A stretch of DNA of 55,312 bases, counting the filler, from Stramenopiles sp. TOSAG23-3 (Eukaryota), in the NCBI GenBank assembly GCA_900128585.1. It is 4 parts of 4 records of this genome, joined end to end, with 100 filler letters (N's around TTAATTAATTAA, not from the genome) between each part and the next. Parts side by side here need not be neighbours in the genome. Positions count along the whole stretch, not along the records: positions 1 to 25,477 come from LT642288.1; 3 more parts are not named here. One strand, given 5' to 3'. The notes beneath the pieces are model-generated. The model did not search any database, had not been told where the DNA came from, and was given only the letters and a program-made list of their open reading frames with translations. A program made the position numbers and the translations under genes. Each line of letters opens with the position of its first letter. The stretch's first letter is position 1. This document shows positions 1 through 9,583 of the stretch, in pieces.

Positions 1-871
1 CAAAGGGTGGGAAGGTTCAAAAGCAGAAAATATTCGAATGACGAATCTATTCAATTGGATAAAGACGCTGCAATATAATGGTAGCGGGGAGACTGGAGAC
101 GATGTCACCATTGTTTGGTTCACGCACGGCGGCACGATTGCAAACGTATCGAATCGTTTAACGGGTGCGGCAGTAGAAAAGGGTCTTTCGGGGGAGAAAA
201 AAAATTCTCTTGCGGTAGACATGATATTCAATACTTCAGTAACGTCCTTTTTCTTGCCCTCCCCGGCGTACTCGTATCGCTCCGACAGGCCTTCTTCGAG
301 CGGTGCCCATAAAGAGCCGTGGACCACCAGGCTAGAGTTTTTCAACGACACTGCTCACTTGGAACAAGAGCGACTCATCAAATTTGCAAAATTGAATTTT
401 GGAAATGCAAAATTGTAACACTCCACTTGTACCGCTGCGACGGTTGGGGTCACAATATTTATTTACTTGTATACTCACCGGAACCTAACTTTCATATCAA
501 GAAGTATACATAATAATAAATAAATCTGTAATAATTCACCACCACCACCATGTATATATATAATCATCTCTCATCACATTGGTACCGGTACCTGGTACGG
601 TACCTAGTTACACCAAAGGAAGGAGGAGGTATCATCATCATTTTTTTTTGGCGGTGGTGGTGGTGTGTTGTTTTTAGTTCAAGTAAAAAAGTATATGTAA
701 AAGAGGTTCAAAGTGTTTTTTCTTTCTAATTCATGATGAATAATTTGCAGCTGTTTCCATCACGTAATTTGAACGTTAAGAGATATTTCTGCGTTCAATT
801 TCAAGTAGAATACGCGCGAAAAATAATTTCGGTAAGAGTTCAAATTTAAAACCTTCGACCACCAACGTATT

Positions 872-2518
872 ATGGAAGGCGCGGACTCTACCAATGCCAT
901 GTTCGACACTGGTGGTCCGCTCCTGGGGGCTTCGGAAAAGACCATCACCTTCGAGCCTATGGAGGTTGACTTTAATCAAGAAAATGAGACCCTATTGAAT
1001 TGTGATGGACAAAATCCCGTTGGGGACGAACTATTGTCTAAGGCCAACGCTCAAAAAGCTAATATTTTCAAGCCCAGCAGCATTGCCATTCCTGTGTTTT
1101 ATTTCACGTTGGGTTTTTTGATGACATTCCCACGCTTAGCAATACGCCTATATCTTCGGGACCATCTCGGTGCTAGCCCGGGGCAGCAAGCTATAGTATT
1201 TTCCGTTGTAATGGGCATGCCTTGGAATCTCAAAGTATTTATTGGGTTTCTGTCCGACACGAAACCTATCCGAGGCCTTCGCAGAAAACCTTATATGTTT
1301 ATAGGCACGTTTGTGTGCGCGACCGCGTGGATCCTGCTCGGCTTATGGCCTCAGGAAAGTCTCGCGATCGGCTGGATGTGCATGCTACTGTTCCTCGGGG
1401 TTTTGGGTATGATCGTCGGTGACGTCATGGCAGATGCACTGGTTGTTGAGCGTGTGAAGTTCGAAGCAATCAAAGGAAGCATACAGGCGCAATGTTGGAT
1501 GTTGCGGTTCGGCGGTGGGCTGTCTGGCTTGTTGTCGGCGGGCTGGCTGTTGGAATATGGCCACGTTCACCCAAAATCAATTTTTTTCATCACTGGGTTT
1601 ATCCCGTTGATAACCCTTTTGCCGTCCGTATACTTGCTCAAAGATGAACGGGTTATTACTCGTGGGTCTCAAATGACGCAGTCAAAAGAAAAATTATGGG
1701 CTTTGTGGGATGCATTGCAAACTAAGAACATATGGGCGCCAATGCTTTTCTTGTACGCCTTCGCCTGCACCCCCAATGCGTCGGATGCATTTGCAAACTT
1801 CTTACTCGGTCCATTGGAGTTCACTGCAAGCACGTTAACGTATCTAGGGGCGGTTGGGATGGCATCCCAATTGGTTGGCGCGCACGTTTATAAGAAGTAC
1901 CTCTCGGATGTGAACTGGCACAAACTGTTTTTCATAACATTGTGCGCGGGCTGCGCACTCTCTGCGTCCCAGTTGATTTTAGTGGCACGCCTTAACGTGA
2001 AGGTGGGAATTCCAGATGCTGTCTTTGCCTTTGGTGACGAAATCGTCAACGATGTCATTGGATTCATTCTTCAAATGCCGACCTTGATAATGTGCGCTGC
2101 CCTGTGCCCAAAAGGGATTGAGGGTGTGCTCTATGCTCTGATGGTGTGCGTAAATAACATTGCGTTGTCGGTTGGCGGGGCCATCAGCGCGGCCCTGGTA
2201 GACTCCCTTGGGATTACAAATACAAATTTCGACCGTTTGTTCGAGTTGATTGTAATCACAAGCCTGAGTACTCTCCTTCCGATCCTATTTATTCCTTTAA
2301 CACCTAAAAGCTCAAAAGAGTGCCAAGAAGCCGCGGAGGCGATGGAGATAAATGGGCCAGGTAATGGAGATGGGTCTTTGATAGGACCTACGAGAAAGTC
2401 GTTGAAAAAATCAAAGCTCGGCGGAGGATTGGTCGTTGCTATCTTAACTATCGGACTGCTATTTAGCATCATCGAATCTGGCTACAAACTAGCTGAAGGG
2501 ACGAGAGATGAGGACTGA
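872..2518 (+). CDS. Folate-biopterin transporter (FBT/BT1 family, MFS fold)
   Basis: 548-aa ORF with about 12 hydrophobic segments. BT1-type motifs PWNLKVFIGFLSDTKPIRGLRRKPY, DVMADALVVE, CPKGIEGVLYALM. Confidence 0.9.
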   Translation: MEGADSTNAMFDTGGPLLGASEKTITFEPMEVDFNQENETLLNCDGQNPVGDELLSKANAQKANIFKPSSIAIPVFYFTLGFLMTFPRLAIRLYLRDHLGASPGQQAIVFSVVMGMPWNLKVFIGFLSDTKPIRGLRRKPYMFIGTFVCATAWILLGLWPQESLAIGWMCMLLFLGVLGMIVGDVMADALVVERVKFEAIKGSIQAQCWMLRFGGGLSGLLSAGWLLEYGHVHPKSIFFITGFIPLITLLPSVYLLKDERVITRGSQMTQSKEKLWALWDALQTKNIWAPMLFLYAFACTPNASDAFANFLLGPLEFTASTLTYLGAVGMASQLVGAHVYKKYLSDVNWHKLFFITLCAGCALSASQLILVARLNVKVGIPDAVFAFGDEIVNDVIGFILQMPTLIMCAALCPKGIEGVLYALMVCVNNIALSVGGAISAALVDSLGITNTNFDRLFELIVITSLSTLLPILFIPLTPKSSKECQEAAEAMEINGPGNGDGSLIGPTRKSLKKSKLGGGLVVAILTIGLLFSIIESGYKLAEGTRDED

Positions 2519-3424
2519 ACGAGCTCGTCGGAAATGCGCGAAGTCATGGAGAGAGAGAAACTGCTCGTACAGTGTATTTGATGGGTGGTGGTGTTGTAAA
2601 ATTCAAAAACAAAAAATTGGCTGTTATTTAAAGTAATTAAAATTTAGCTGCTTCCTCGTATACCGCGAAAATGAATCCACTCAGCATTTGTCCATTAGAG
2701 GTTCACATTCCTTCATGTACTGCGAACTGATCTCAACTGTGGTAATTTTAGTAAATCAACAAAAAAAAAAATTATATATAGATACACCCTTGTCACTTAG
2801 TCTTGACTATCATGTTGAGATGTACTCCGTGCGTATTCCGAATCAGTAAGTGGATGTGGATGTGCGTCAATGGCAAAAGACCCGTGGTTCACTCGTGAAA
2901 TTAAAACATTTTTCTTCTAAAAAAGTTAATTACATATGTTTTTTAGTGCATTAGTAAGATTAATTTGAACAAGAAAATTGGCTGTTATTTAAGTAATTAA
3001 ATTTAGCTTCCCCATACCCTAATCCTAACTTGATTCTGTAATTTTGTTTCGTTGTTGGTTGTCAATCACCGAGGGAATGATATAATTTCCAATGAACAAT
3101 TTGATTCCATTTGTCCGTTAACGGCCTCATCCGATATCTCACTCAGAGGTAACTCNNNNNNNNNNNNNNNNNNNNNNNNNNNNNNNNNNNNNNNNNNNNN
3201 NNNNNNNNNNNNNNNNNNNNNNNNNNNNNNNNNNNNNNNNNNNNNNNNNNNNNNNNNNNNNNNNNNNNNNNNNNNNNNNNNNCTGGCAACGCTCTGATTC
3301 CCTGTGTCTTCATCCGAGGATAGCACTATTAGGGTCGAGGCAATGCTGAGTTGCTCACTGCATTAATTTTTACTTAGCAAAATGTACTAAAATGCAAATA
3401 AATTTAAAATATTGGTAATCAGTT

Positions 3425-4678
3425 TTATGCAAAGCCCAACTTCTTCATGGTCTTAATGTGCTTCTTTGACTTTTCATGACTCAAAAACTGTCCTTCAGAC
3501 TTAAATTTTTTCTTGCAAGGACGGCATTCAAATGAAACAGGCTTTTTTTCGACGACTTCTTCAAGATCGTCCACCGACACCTGCTCCATTGTGGTCGCAA
3601 GTCCACTTTCGGGTCCAGATTGGCCGTTGCCTGCAACATTGTCATCGGTCTGCCCCGCTCCCTCCTCTCCAGCTGCCTTCTTATCACCATCATCGACTTC
3701 CGAAGTCCGGTTTTTTTCCTTCCTTTTCTTCTTCTTCTTGTTCCCTACGCCGAAGTCTTCCTGGTCATCTAGTCGGAATTCAAGTGGCCCCGATAAATTA
3801 GCCCCGTCCTCCTCCTGCGTTCTGGCTGCCTCCTCTGCGGCTGCACGCTCCTGCTCTTCCCGCCACAGTCGCACCTTCTCCTGGTGCTTAATGCTTGCCT
3901 CTTCTTGTGCTTTCAGTCTTTGTGCCTTGGCCTTTTCCTTTGCTGCCTTTTCCTGTTCTACAATCGCATCAAAACGCCGATCCCTTCGCTTCACAAATGT
4001 TGCCAGCATCCGCACAGTTGAGTTATACTTTTTCCTGTGGGTGGCTCTAATTTTTGAATTTTCTTTCTCCATTGCCCGACGAATCTGGCGAGACTCTCCT
4101 TGCGTGACATTGTACCTGTCCCGCCACGAATAGGTTAGTTTTGTACTAAACCCTGACCAACATTGGTAAAATAACAAAACATCGTCCGGGCTAGAATCCG
4201 AGTCACCGAACTCAGGGAGCGGTTCGAAAACTTTGTCGGACCGCTCACGTTCGTGGGCCATGCGCTCGTGCTCCATTATTTGTTCAAAAACGACCTTGTA
4301 CACGCAATAAAAACTTTTTGGGTCTGACCCGTATCCCGAGAACACGAACGGGGACAAAAATGGGCTCGGGTCGTACTCCTCAACGGCCCCTTCGCCCTTT
4401 TCCCCATCGACCTCCGTGCCAGTTCCCCCTCTCAATATTTGCTCCCGGTGAGAGTCATACCACGCTCGCTCGTTCCTGTCGGAAAGGACTGTGTACGCGT
4501 GTTGAATTTCTTGAAAATACGCAGTTGCTTCTGGAGTGTTTCCGTTTTTGTCGGGATGGTGCTTCCTTGCAGCCACATAATATGCCTTCTTAATTTCACC
4601 GTCATTTGCATTCTTCTCCACGTTCAAAGTCACATAGAAGCAAGTCCGCTTCGTAGGCTGCGACGCCAGAGAAGCCAT
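3425..4678 (-). CDS. DNAJC21: DnaJ-family co-chaperone, DNAJC21/Jjj1 type
   Basis: N-terminal J domain with HPD (KHHPDKN) and ERAWYDSHREQIL; RRAMEKEN...FVKRRDRR region; charged coiled coil; C-terminal C2H2 finger CRPCKKKFKSEGQFLSHEKSKKH. Confidence 0.9.
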   Translation of the reverse strand: MASLASQPTKRTCFYVTLNVEKNANDGEIKKAYYVAARKHHPDKNGNTPEATAYFQEIQHAYTVLSDRNERAWYDSHREQILRGGTGTEVDGEKGEGAVEEYDPSPFLSPFVFSGYGSDPKSFYCVYKVVFEQIMEHERMAHERERSDKVFEPLPEFGDSDSSPDDVLLFYQCWSGFSTKLTYSWRDRYNVTQGESRQIRRAMEKENSKIRATHRKKYNSTVRMLATFVKRRDRRFDAIVEQEKAAKEKAKAQRLKAQEEASIKHQEKVRLWREEQERAAAEEAARTQEEDGANLSGPLEFRLDDQEDFGVGNKKKKKRKEKNRTSEVDDGDKKAAGEEGAGQTDDNVAGNGQSGPESGLATTMEQVSVDDLEEVVEKKPVSFECRPCKKKFKSEGQFLSHEKSKKHIKTMKKLGFA

Positions 4679-5053
4679 TTTACGCTACCTACCCCCAAAA
4701 GCAAAAGAACACTACTATGCAGACGAACTGTATGCTCGGTTTTAAATGCAAACGGGCCCTATTTTTCTTTCTTTGTCTACGGCTTCGGAAGTTTCTCCGC
4801 TTCCTCCATTTTTTTTCTTTCGATGTCCGTCGATGTCAGTCAACTAAAATGAATTGAAATAATTGTAAAAACGACGTGCGTGGGGCGTGGGGCGTGGGGT
4901 GTAAAGACATATACCCTAACCCTGACCCGAAGTCCAAAGCTCGAGGTGTCGTTTTTTGGGGAATACTTTATATAGGTATGAAATAAGTATTATGTTTCGT
5001 ATACTATAATATGATTGCGACGAAGGAGACGTTGGGACGAGAGCAAAGATGGA

Positions 5054-5558
5054 AGTATCTTTGGCGCGGAATTGAAAAATGGTAAACAACTTTGTGTTAA
5101 CTATTTGAGGCAATGAGATCTTTATGAAAAAACGATAATTTTTACTATTTTAATCGCCCAAATGTCTTTTTAAATAGCTAAGAATATGTCTGTTAGGCTC
5201 ATTTTACCAACACCAACGAATGCGTAAGTGTTTGTTCGGGTGGCGTTTGGTCTAAATCGCCCATTTCACAAGAAATTGTCCCTAGGAACCGTAATTCCAA
5301 GTCATTAGAGGGCAAACAATTTATAAACGTTCGTTAAGGCCAGGCCGTCATGACAGGAGCGATAGCCTGATCTAAACTTATGAAAATATACGTCCCCTCT
5401 GCTTTCATTTGTCATTTTCTGACCGAAAACTTTCATACTTTGAAAATCGAGTTGGATTTTTTTTCGCGCCACGGACACCGAACACTTTATTGAACAGGTG
5501 TCTATCAAAGCCTTTTACTTAAAAAAAAACAACGACGGTCGTCTCTTCTATTTTTTTA
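5054..5558. repeat. Dispersed repeat family A, copy 1 (probable non-autonomous transposon remnant)
   Basis: Colinear similarity with 13813-14230. Shared blocks AGTATCTTTGGCGCGGAATTGAAAAATGG, GGCAAACAATTTATAAACGTTCGTTAAGG, GCCTGATCTAAA, CATACTTTGAAA, AAACAACGmCGGTCGTCT. Copy 1 has an extra ~80 bp near 5190-5260. Confidence 0.85.
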
Positions 5559-5580
5559 GAAAATGGTATTTTGTTATTTT

Positions 5581-5890
5581 TTGTTGTAGTTTTGTGTTGA
5601 AATAAATTTCTTTCATTTTTATACCGAAAAGAAATGTTAATTTATTTTAAGATATGCTGTGATGATATAAAATACCGATTGCTAAAACAAAAAAAAGAAA
5701 CACATTGAAACAAATTTGGTTCTTTTTTTAGTGCTGTGTATATGTATTTTACTTTAACCAAAATATATTGTTTGTTGTAACTTTTGTGTTGGAATATATT
5801 TCTTCCATTTTAATAACGAAGAGACTTGTTAATATATTTTAAGAGATGCTGTGTTTATGTAAAATACCGATTGGAAACACAAAAACAAAA
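5581..5890. repeat. Diverged local direct duplication (period about 190 bp)
   Basis: TTGTTGTA..TTTTGTGTTG.AATA.ATTTCTT.CATTTT...AAAATACCGATTG occurs at about 5581-5690 and again at about 5773-5880. Confidence 0.75.
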
Positions 5891-6171
5891 AACAAACAAA
5901 ATGAAAAAAGAAGAATTGTTGGTGGTGGTGGAATTGTAACTTAATTAAATTTCATAGTGATATGAATGTGTAATTAACTAACACTCAAATCCTGTTTTGT
6001 CTGTGTCTGAGTCCATGTGCGATTGGGTGAGTCAGTGGTGTGAAGGTGCAGTCGTATTCGTTCTATTTGAGATTTGTGTTTTGTGTTTCGTGTTTTGTGT
6101 TTTGTGGTTTGTGGTTTGAGTTTTGTGGTTTGTGTTTTGTGTGTTTTGCTCTTGGTTGTCTCGTCTCCAGA

Positions 6172-7614
6172 ATGTATCGGCGGGCGAGTGCGGCCACAGA
6201 GACGGGCGGCCTCCGCCGCGGCGAGGCTTCCAACCGGCGGGCGGCGAAGTCCTCCGGGACACCGCTGCAACTATACCTTCTACGTGTGAGCGTAGTGGCC
6301 ATCTTTGTGATCGGTTATTTTTGGTTCTCATCGACACACTTGCGAATATCGGGCCAGCGTCTGCAAAACGCGGTGCGCGCGTCAGAGACGCCCCTGGGTT
6401 TCGACGCCGGTGGGTTGCAATTTTCAAAAGCCGTGGACCCGGACAAGCATTACGACGTATGCTTGGTGGGCGCGGGGATTAGCGGGTCAGTCATGGCAGA
6501 ACGGTACGCATCCATCCTTGGAAAGACAACGTTAGTCATGGACGTGCGGAAGCACATTGGGGGGAATTGCTACGACTTCAAAGAGCCGCTGAGTGGGATA
6601 TTGATGAACTTGTACGGCGCCCACCTTTTTCACACGAGTCTGGAAAAGGTATGGAAGTACGTCAACAAGTGGCAACACCGTGGTGCACCGTGGGCGCGAT
6701 GGGACCACGAAGTCGTCGGGTGGCTGAAGGGGCGTCTCCTACCGATCCCGGTCAACATCAATACGGTTAATGGGCTGTTCGACGAGTCCATTCGCACGTC
6801 AGCGGAGATGGACCAGTGGTTGAAGCGGGTCCAAATTCCGTGCCGTGGGGGGAGGGAACACTGCGAGAACGCGGAGGAGATGGCGCTGAGCCGCGTGGGG
6901 CGCAAACTATTTGACATCGTCTTCAAGACATACACGGTAAAACAATGGAACAAGGAACCGAAAGATTTAGATGCCCTGGTAACCGCACGGATTCCCGTGC
7001 GTAACAATTTCGACCCGCGCTATTTTTCCGACAAGTACCAAGCCCTGCCGGCCAAAGGGTACACGAACTGGTTTTCGAAAGTGTTGAACCATAAAAACAT
7101 TGACATCGTGCTAGGGGTCGACTATTTCGCCGTACGAGACGACTTGAAAGGGCGGTGTGGAAAGACTATCTTCACGGGGCCCATCGACCGGTACTTTAAA
7201 GACTCGGGTCTGGGAAAGCTGGAGTATAGGTCCATCAACTTTGAGGCAGAGTTGACCGAGAACAAAGGGTATGCCCAAACGAACAGCGTGGTGAATTATC
7301 CAGGGGGTGACGTGGACTTTACGCGAGTTGTGGAGTACAAGCATTACCGCCACCAACAAAGTGACTACACGGTCACCGTGAAAGAATACAGCACGGACAA
7401 GGGGGACCCATATTACCCCGTTCCCAACCCTGCCAACCACGCCCTGTACAAAAAGTACCAAGCCTTGGCCAAGGAGGAGGAGGAGCGAAACCAGGTGTAC
7501 TTTGTCGGCCGATTGGCGTCATACAAATATTTCAATATGGACAGGGCCATCGAAAACGCTTTGGACTACTTCGACCGGATAGAGAACCATCCTCTGCAGG
7601 ACGATTTGAAGTAA
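6172..7614 (+). CDS. glf: UDP-galactopyranose mutase, prokaryotic Glf type, with N-terminal membrane anchor
   Basis: FAD motif LVGAGISG; HIGGNCYD, YGAHLFHT, YTVKQW, RYFSDKYQALP, TRVVEYKH, PYYPVP, GRLASYKYFNMD. First ATG is at 6172. Hydrophobic segment VSVVAIFVIGYFWF precedes the catalytic domain. Confidence 0.93.
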   Translation: MYRRASAATETGGLRRGEASNRRAAKSSGTPLQLYLLRVSVVAIFVIGYFWFSSTHLRISGQRLQNAVRASETPLGFDAGGLQFSKAVDPDKHYDVCLVGAGISGSVMAERYASILGKTTLVMDVRKHIGGNCYDFKEPLSGILMNLYGAHLFHTSLEKVWKYVNKWQHRGAPWARWDHEVVGWLKGRLLPIPVNINTVNGLFDESIRTSAEMDQWLKRVQIPCRGGREHCENAEEMALSRVGRKLFDIVFKTYTVKQWNKEPKDLDALVTARIPVRNNFDPRYFSDKYQALPAKGYTNWFSKVLNHKNIDIVLGVDYFAVRDDLKGRCGKTIFTGPIDRYFKDSGLGKLEYRSINFEAELTENKGYAQTNSVVNYPGGDVDFTRVVEYKHYRHQQSDYTVTVKEYSTDKGDPYYPVPNPANHALYKKYQALAKEEEERNQVYFVGRLASYKYFNMDRAIENALDYFDRIENHPLQDDLK

Positions 7615-8177
7615 AACAACGAGAGAAAAACAGAGTGTACTACCAATGAATGACAAAAAAAAATAGTTCCACATAAAAATGCCAATTGATCGGACTGGGA
7701 AATTATAGAAACCACCAATTATTTAAGGAGATTAATGATATTTTAAGGAGTATATTGTTAATATTAATAAAAAATTGTTTCTCATTCTCACACTCTTTTG
7801 CTCTCTCTTCTCTCATCTCACTCAACTGACATTGTCCAGAAAATCGTTATTATTTTGTTAGATTGCACAGCATAGGGGTAAAAATAAAAAAGAATAACGT
7901 CGAAGAAATTTTGTATAAGAATAATAAACAACAAAAACATGAGAAAATCTTTTCTTCTTCTTCTTCTTCTCTTCTTCTTCTTTTCTTCTTCTCTGTCTCT
8001 CTCCTTCTTCGCTAATTTAATTTGAAATACGAAGCGATATTGTTTGTTAACAATTTTACCAAATCTTCCGGTGCTCTTTTCCACAATGAACAAACATGTT
8101 GCTACTAGACTAGATTAGTAAAAGCATTGCCTAGGCGTCTATCGTGTCAACATAATCCTATAGAATCTCTGATTATC

Positions 8178-9125
8178 ATGGAGTACCAGAATTGGCCATC
8201 TAGGCGACCTTCTCCTAGAGCAAAAAGCTGCATTGCCATGTCCCCATCGTCGGAATACCAAACATACACTACTCCTCGGAAGAAGAAGAAATCTAGAAAA
8301 GGATCGGGGAAAAAGTCAAGAGGGACTCCAAAAACACCGAAATGCGACTCGTCCATAAAGAAGAAACCAGGCGAGGGGTGCTGTGACGACAAAAAGAAGT
8401 TGTCCAATAAAATTTGGATGCTGGAGAAGGAGAAGAAAGCACTCAAGATGAAAATTCAAAACATGGAACGGGAAATGGACGAAAAAGTTCAGATAGAAAC
8501 AAAACGAAGTAATATTGAGTTTCTGAGTAACTTGCGGCAGCAGATCTTAAAAATGAAATCGTCTTTTGACTCAGAAATCGAAGCCGTGAAATCAGAAATG
8601 GAACATCAATTTAAGAAACAATTAGAACTGGCAAACTCGAAGAGTGAAGAGAAGCGTAAGTTAGAGGTGCGGTCTATTATTAATTTGAACAAAGAACAAG
8701 TGAGGCAGTCAAAAATGCACTATATCAGGCTTTTGAATAAAAACTCGTCAACAGCGTTGAGCAATGGAAAAGAGTTTCTTCACCAAGAAAGAATGCTCAA
8801 CGACATGGAGATCAAGTGGGCAAACGAGAGAAAGATGTTGGAGTCCCAAATACAGAAGCTGAAGGAAGAGCTTGTCCATCAAGAGGAACGGTTGAAGAAA
8901 AAGTTTGGCGCTGTGTGTTATGAGACTGGCATCAACACTGCAAGGCAATGGACGGCAAGCAGGCACTACTCTACCCCCAACAGTGTGAGCTCAGGTTATG
9001 GGATCGGTAGCCCTGGGTCCCTAGCTGCGGACGAGATTGTAGTGTCAATTGAAAGGGCGATGGTGGAGGCAAAGCATGCGTTGTCGCGAAAAGTGGAAGA
9101 TAGGCACAGCGATGGAAAACCATAA
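8178..9125 (+). CDS. Coiled-coil protein of unknown function
   Basis: Long ORF from first ATG at 8178; basic, S/P-rich N-terminus followed by E/K/Q-rich heptads. Confidence 0.7.
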   Translation: MEYQNWPSRRPSPRAKSCIAMSPSSEYQTYTTPRKKKKSRKGSGKKSRGTPKTPKCDSSIKKKPGEGCCDDKKKLSNKIWMLEKEKKALKMKIQNMEREMDEKVQIETKRSNIEFLSNLRQQILKMKSSFDSEIEAVKSEMEHQFKKQLELANSKSEEKRKLEVRSIINLNKEQVRQSKMHYIRLLNKNSSTALSNGKEFLHQERMLNDMEIKWANERKMLESQIQKLKEELVHQEERLKKKFGAVCYETGINTARQWTASRHYSTPNSVSSGYGIGSPGSLAADEIVVSIERAMVEAKHALSRKVEDRHSDGKP

Positions 9126-9583
9126 AATCAGTAAATTTAGTGTAAAATCTCTGTAAAAGCAAGGCCGAATCAGTGTATATTGAATTGCGACTATGTCAAA
9201 AGACCCATAATCAACTTCCTCATCCAATGTCTCAGTCATAGATGAATCATTCTTTGTGTGGTTTTAAAAAAATAAAAACAAGAATATTGGCTGTTATTTA
9301 GTCGTAAAATCTCGGGAGCAGAGATAAGTTCGCAGTAAATGAAGGAAACGTAAACCTCTAATGGACAATGCTGAGTAGATTCATTTTCGCGGTAATATTA
9401 GGAGCTACCGTAAATTAAAAACAAGAAAATTGGCTGTTATTTAAGTTACACAATTTAATTACTTTAAAAACAAGGAAATTGGCTGTTATACTTTTTAAAT
9501 AACACAGCCAATTTTAATTTTTTAAAAAATGTACTCCTTAAAAATAATAAATAACAGCTGCCAATTTTCTTGTTTTTAAAAAC

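Noticed and set aside
1-418. ORF 38-418 (+) and an open minus-strand frame running off the left edge
   Set aside because: Composition suggests a minus-strand gene start, but no domain or consistent exon structure could be established.
3016-3030. CCCTAATCCTAAC telomere-like sequence
   Set aside because: Only two imperfect units at an internal position.
6040-6171. Cys/Phe/Val-rich N-terminal extension of the UGM ORF
   Set aside because: Translation of a TTTGTG-type low-complexity tract from a GTG start; probably 5' UTR or a UTR intron (GTGAGT 6027...CTCCAG 6170).
9270-9580. Repeated ~30-bp motif with spacers resembling a CRISPR array
   Set aside because: Irregular spacing, mixed orientation, degenerate copies and eukaryotic context. 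The Cas4-like nuclease is on another contig and is a helicase fusion.
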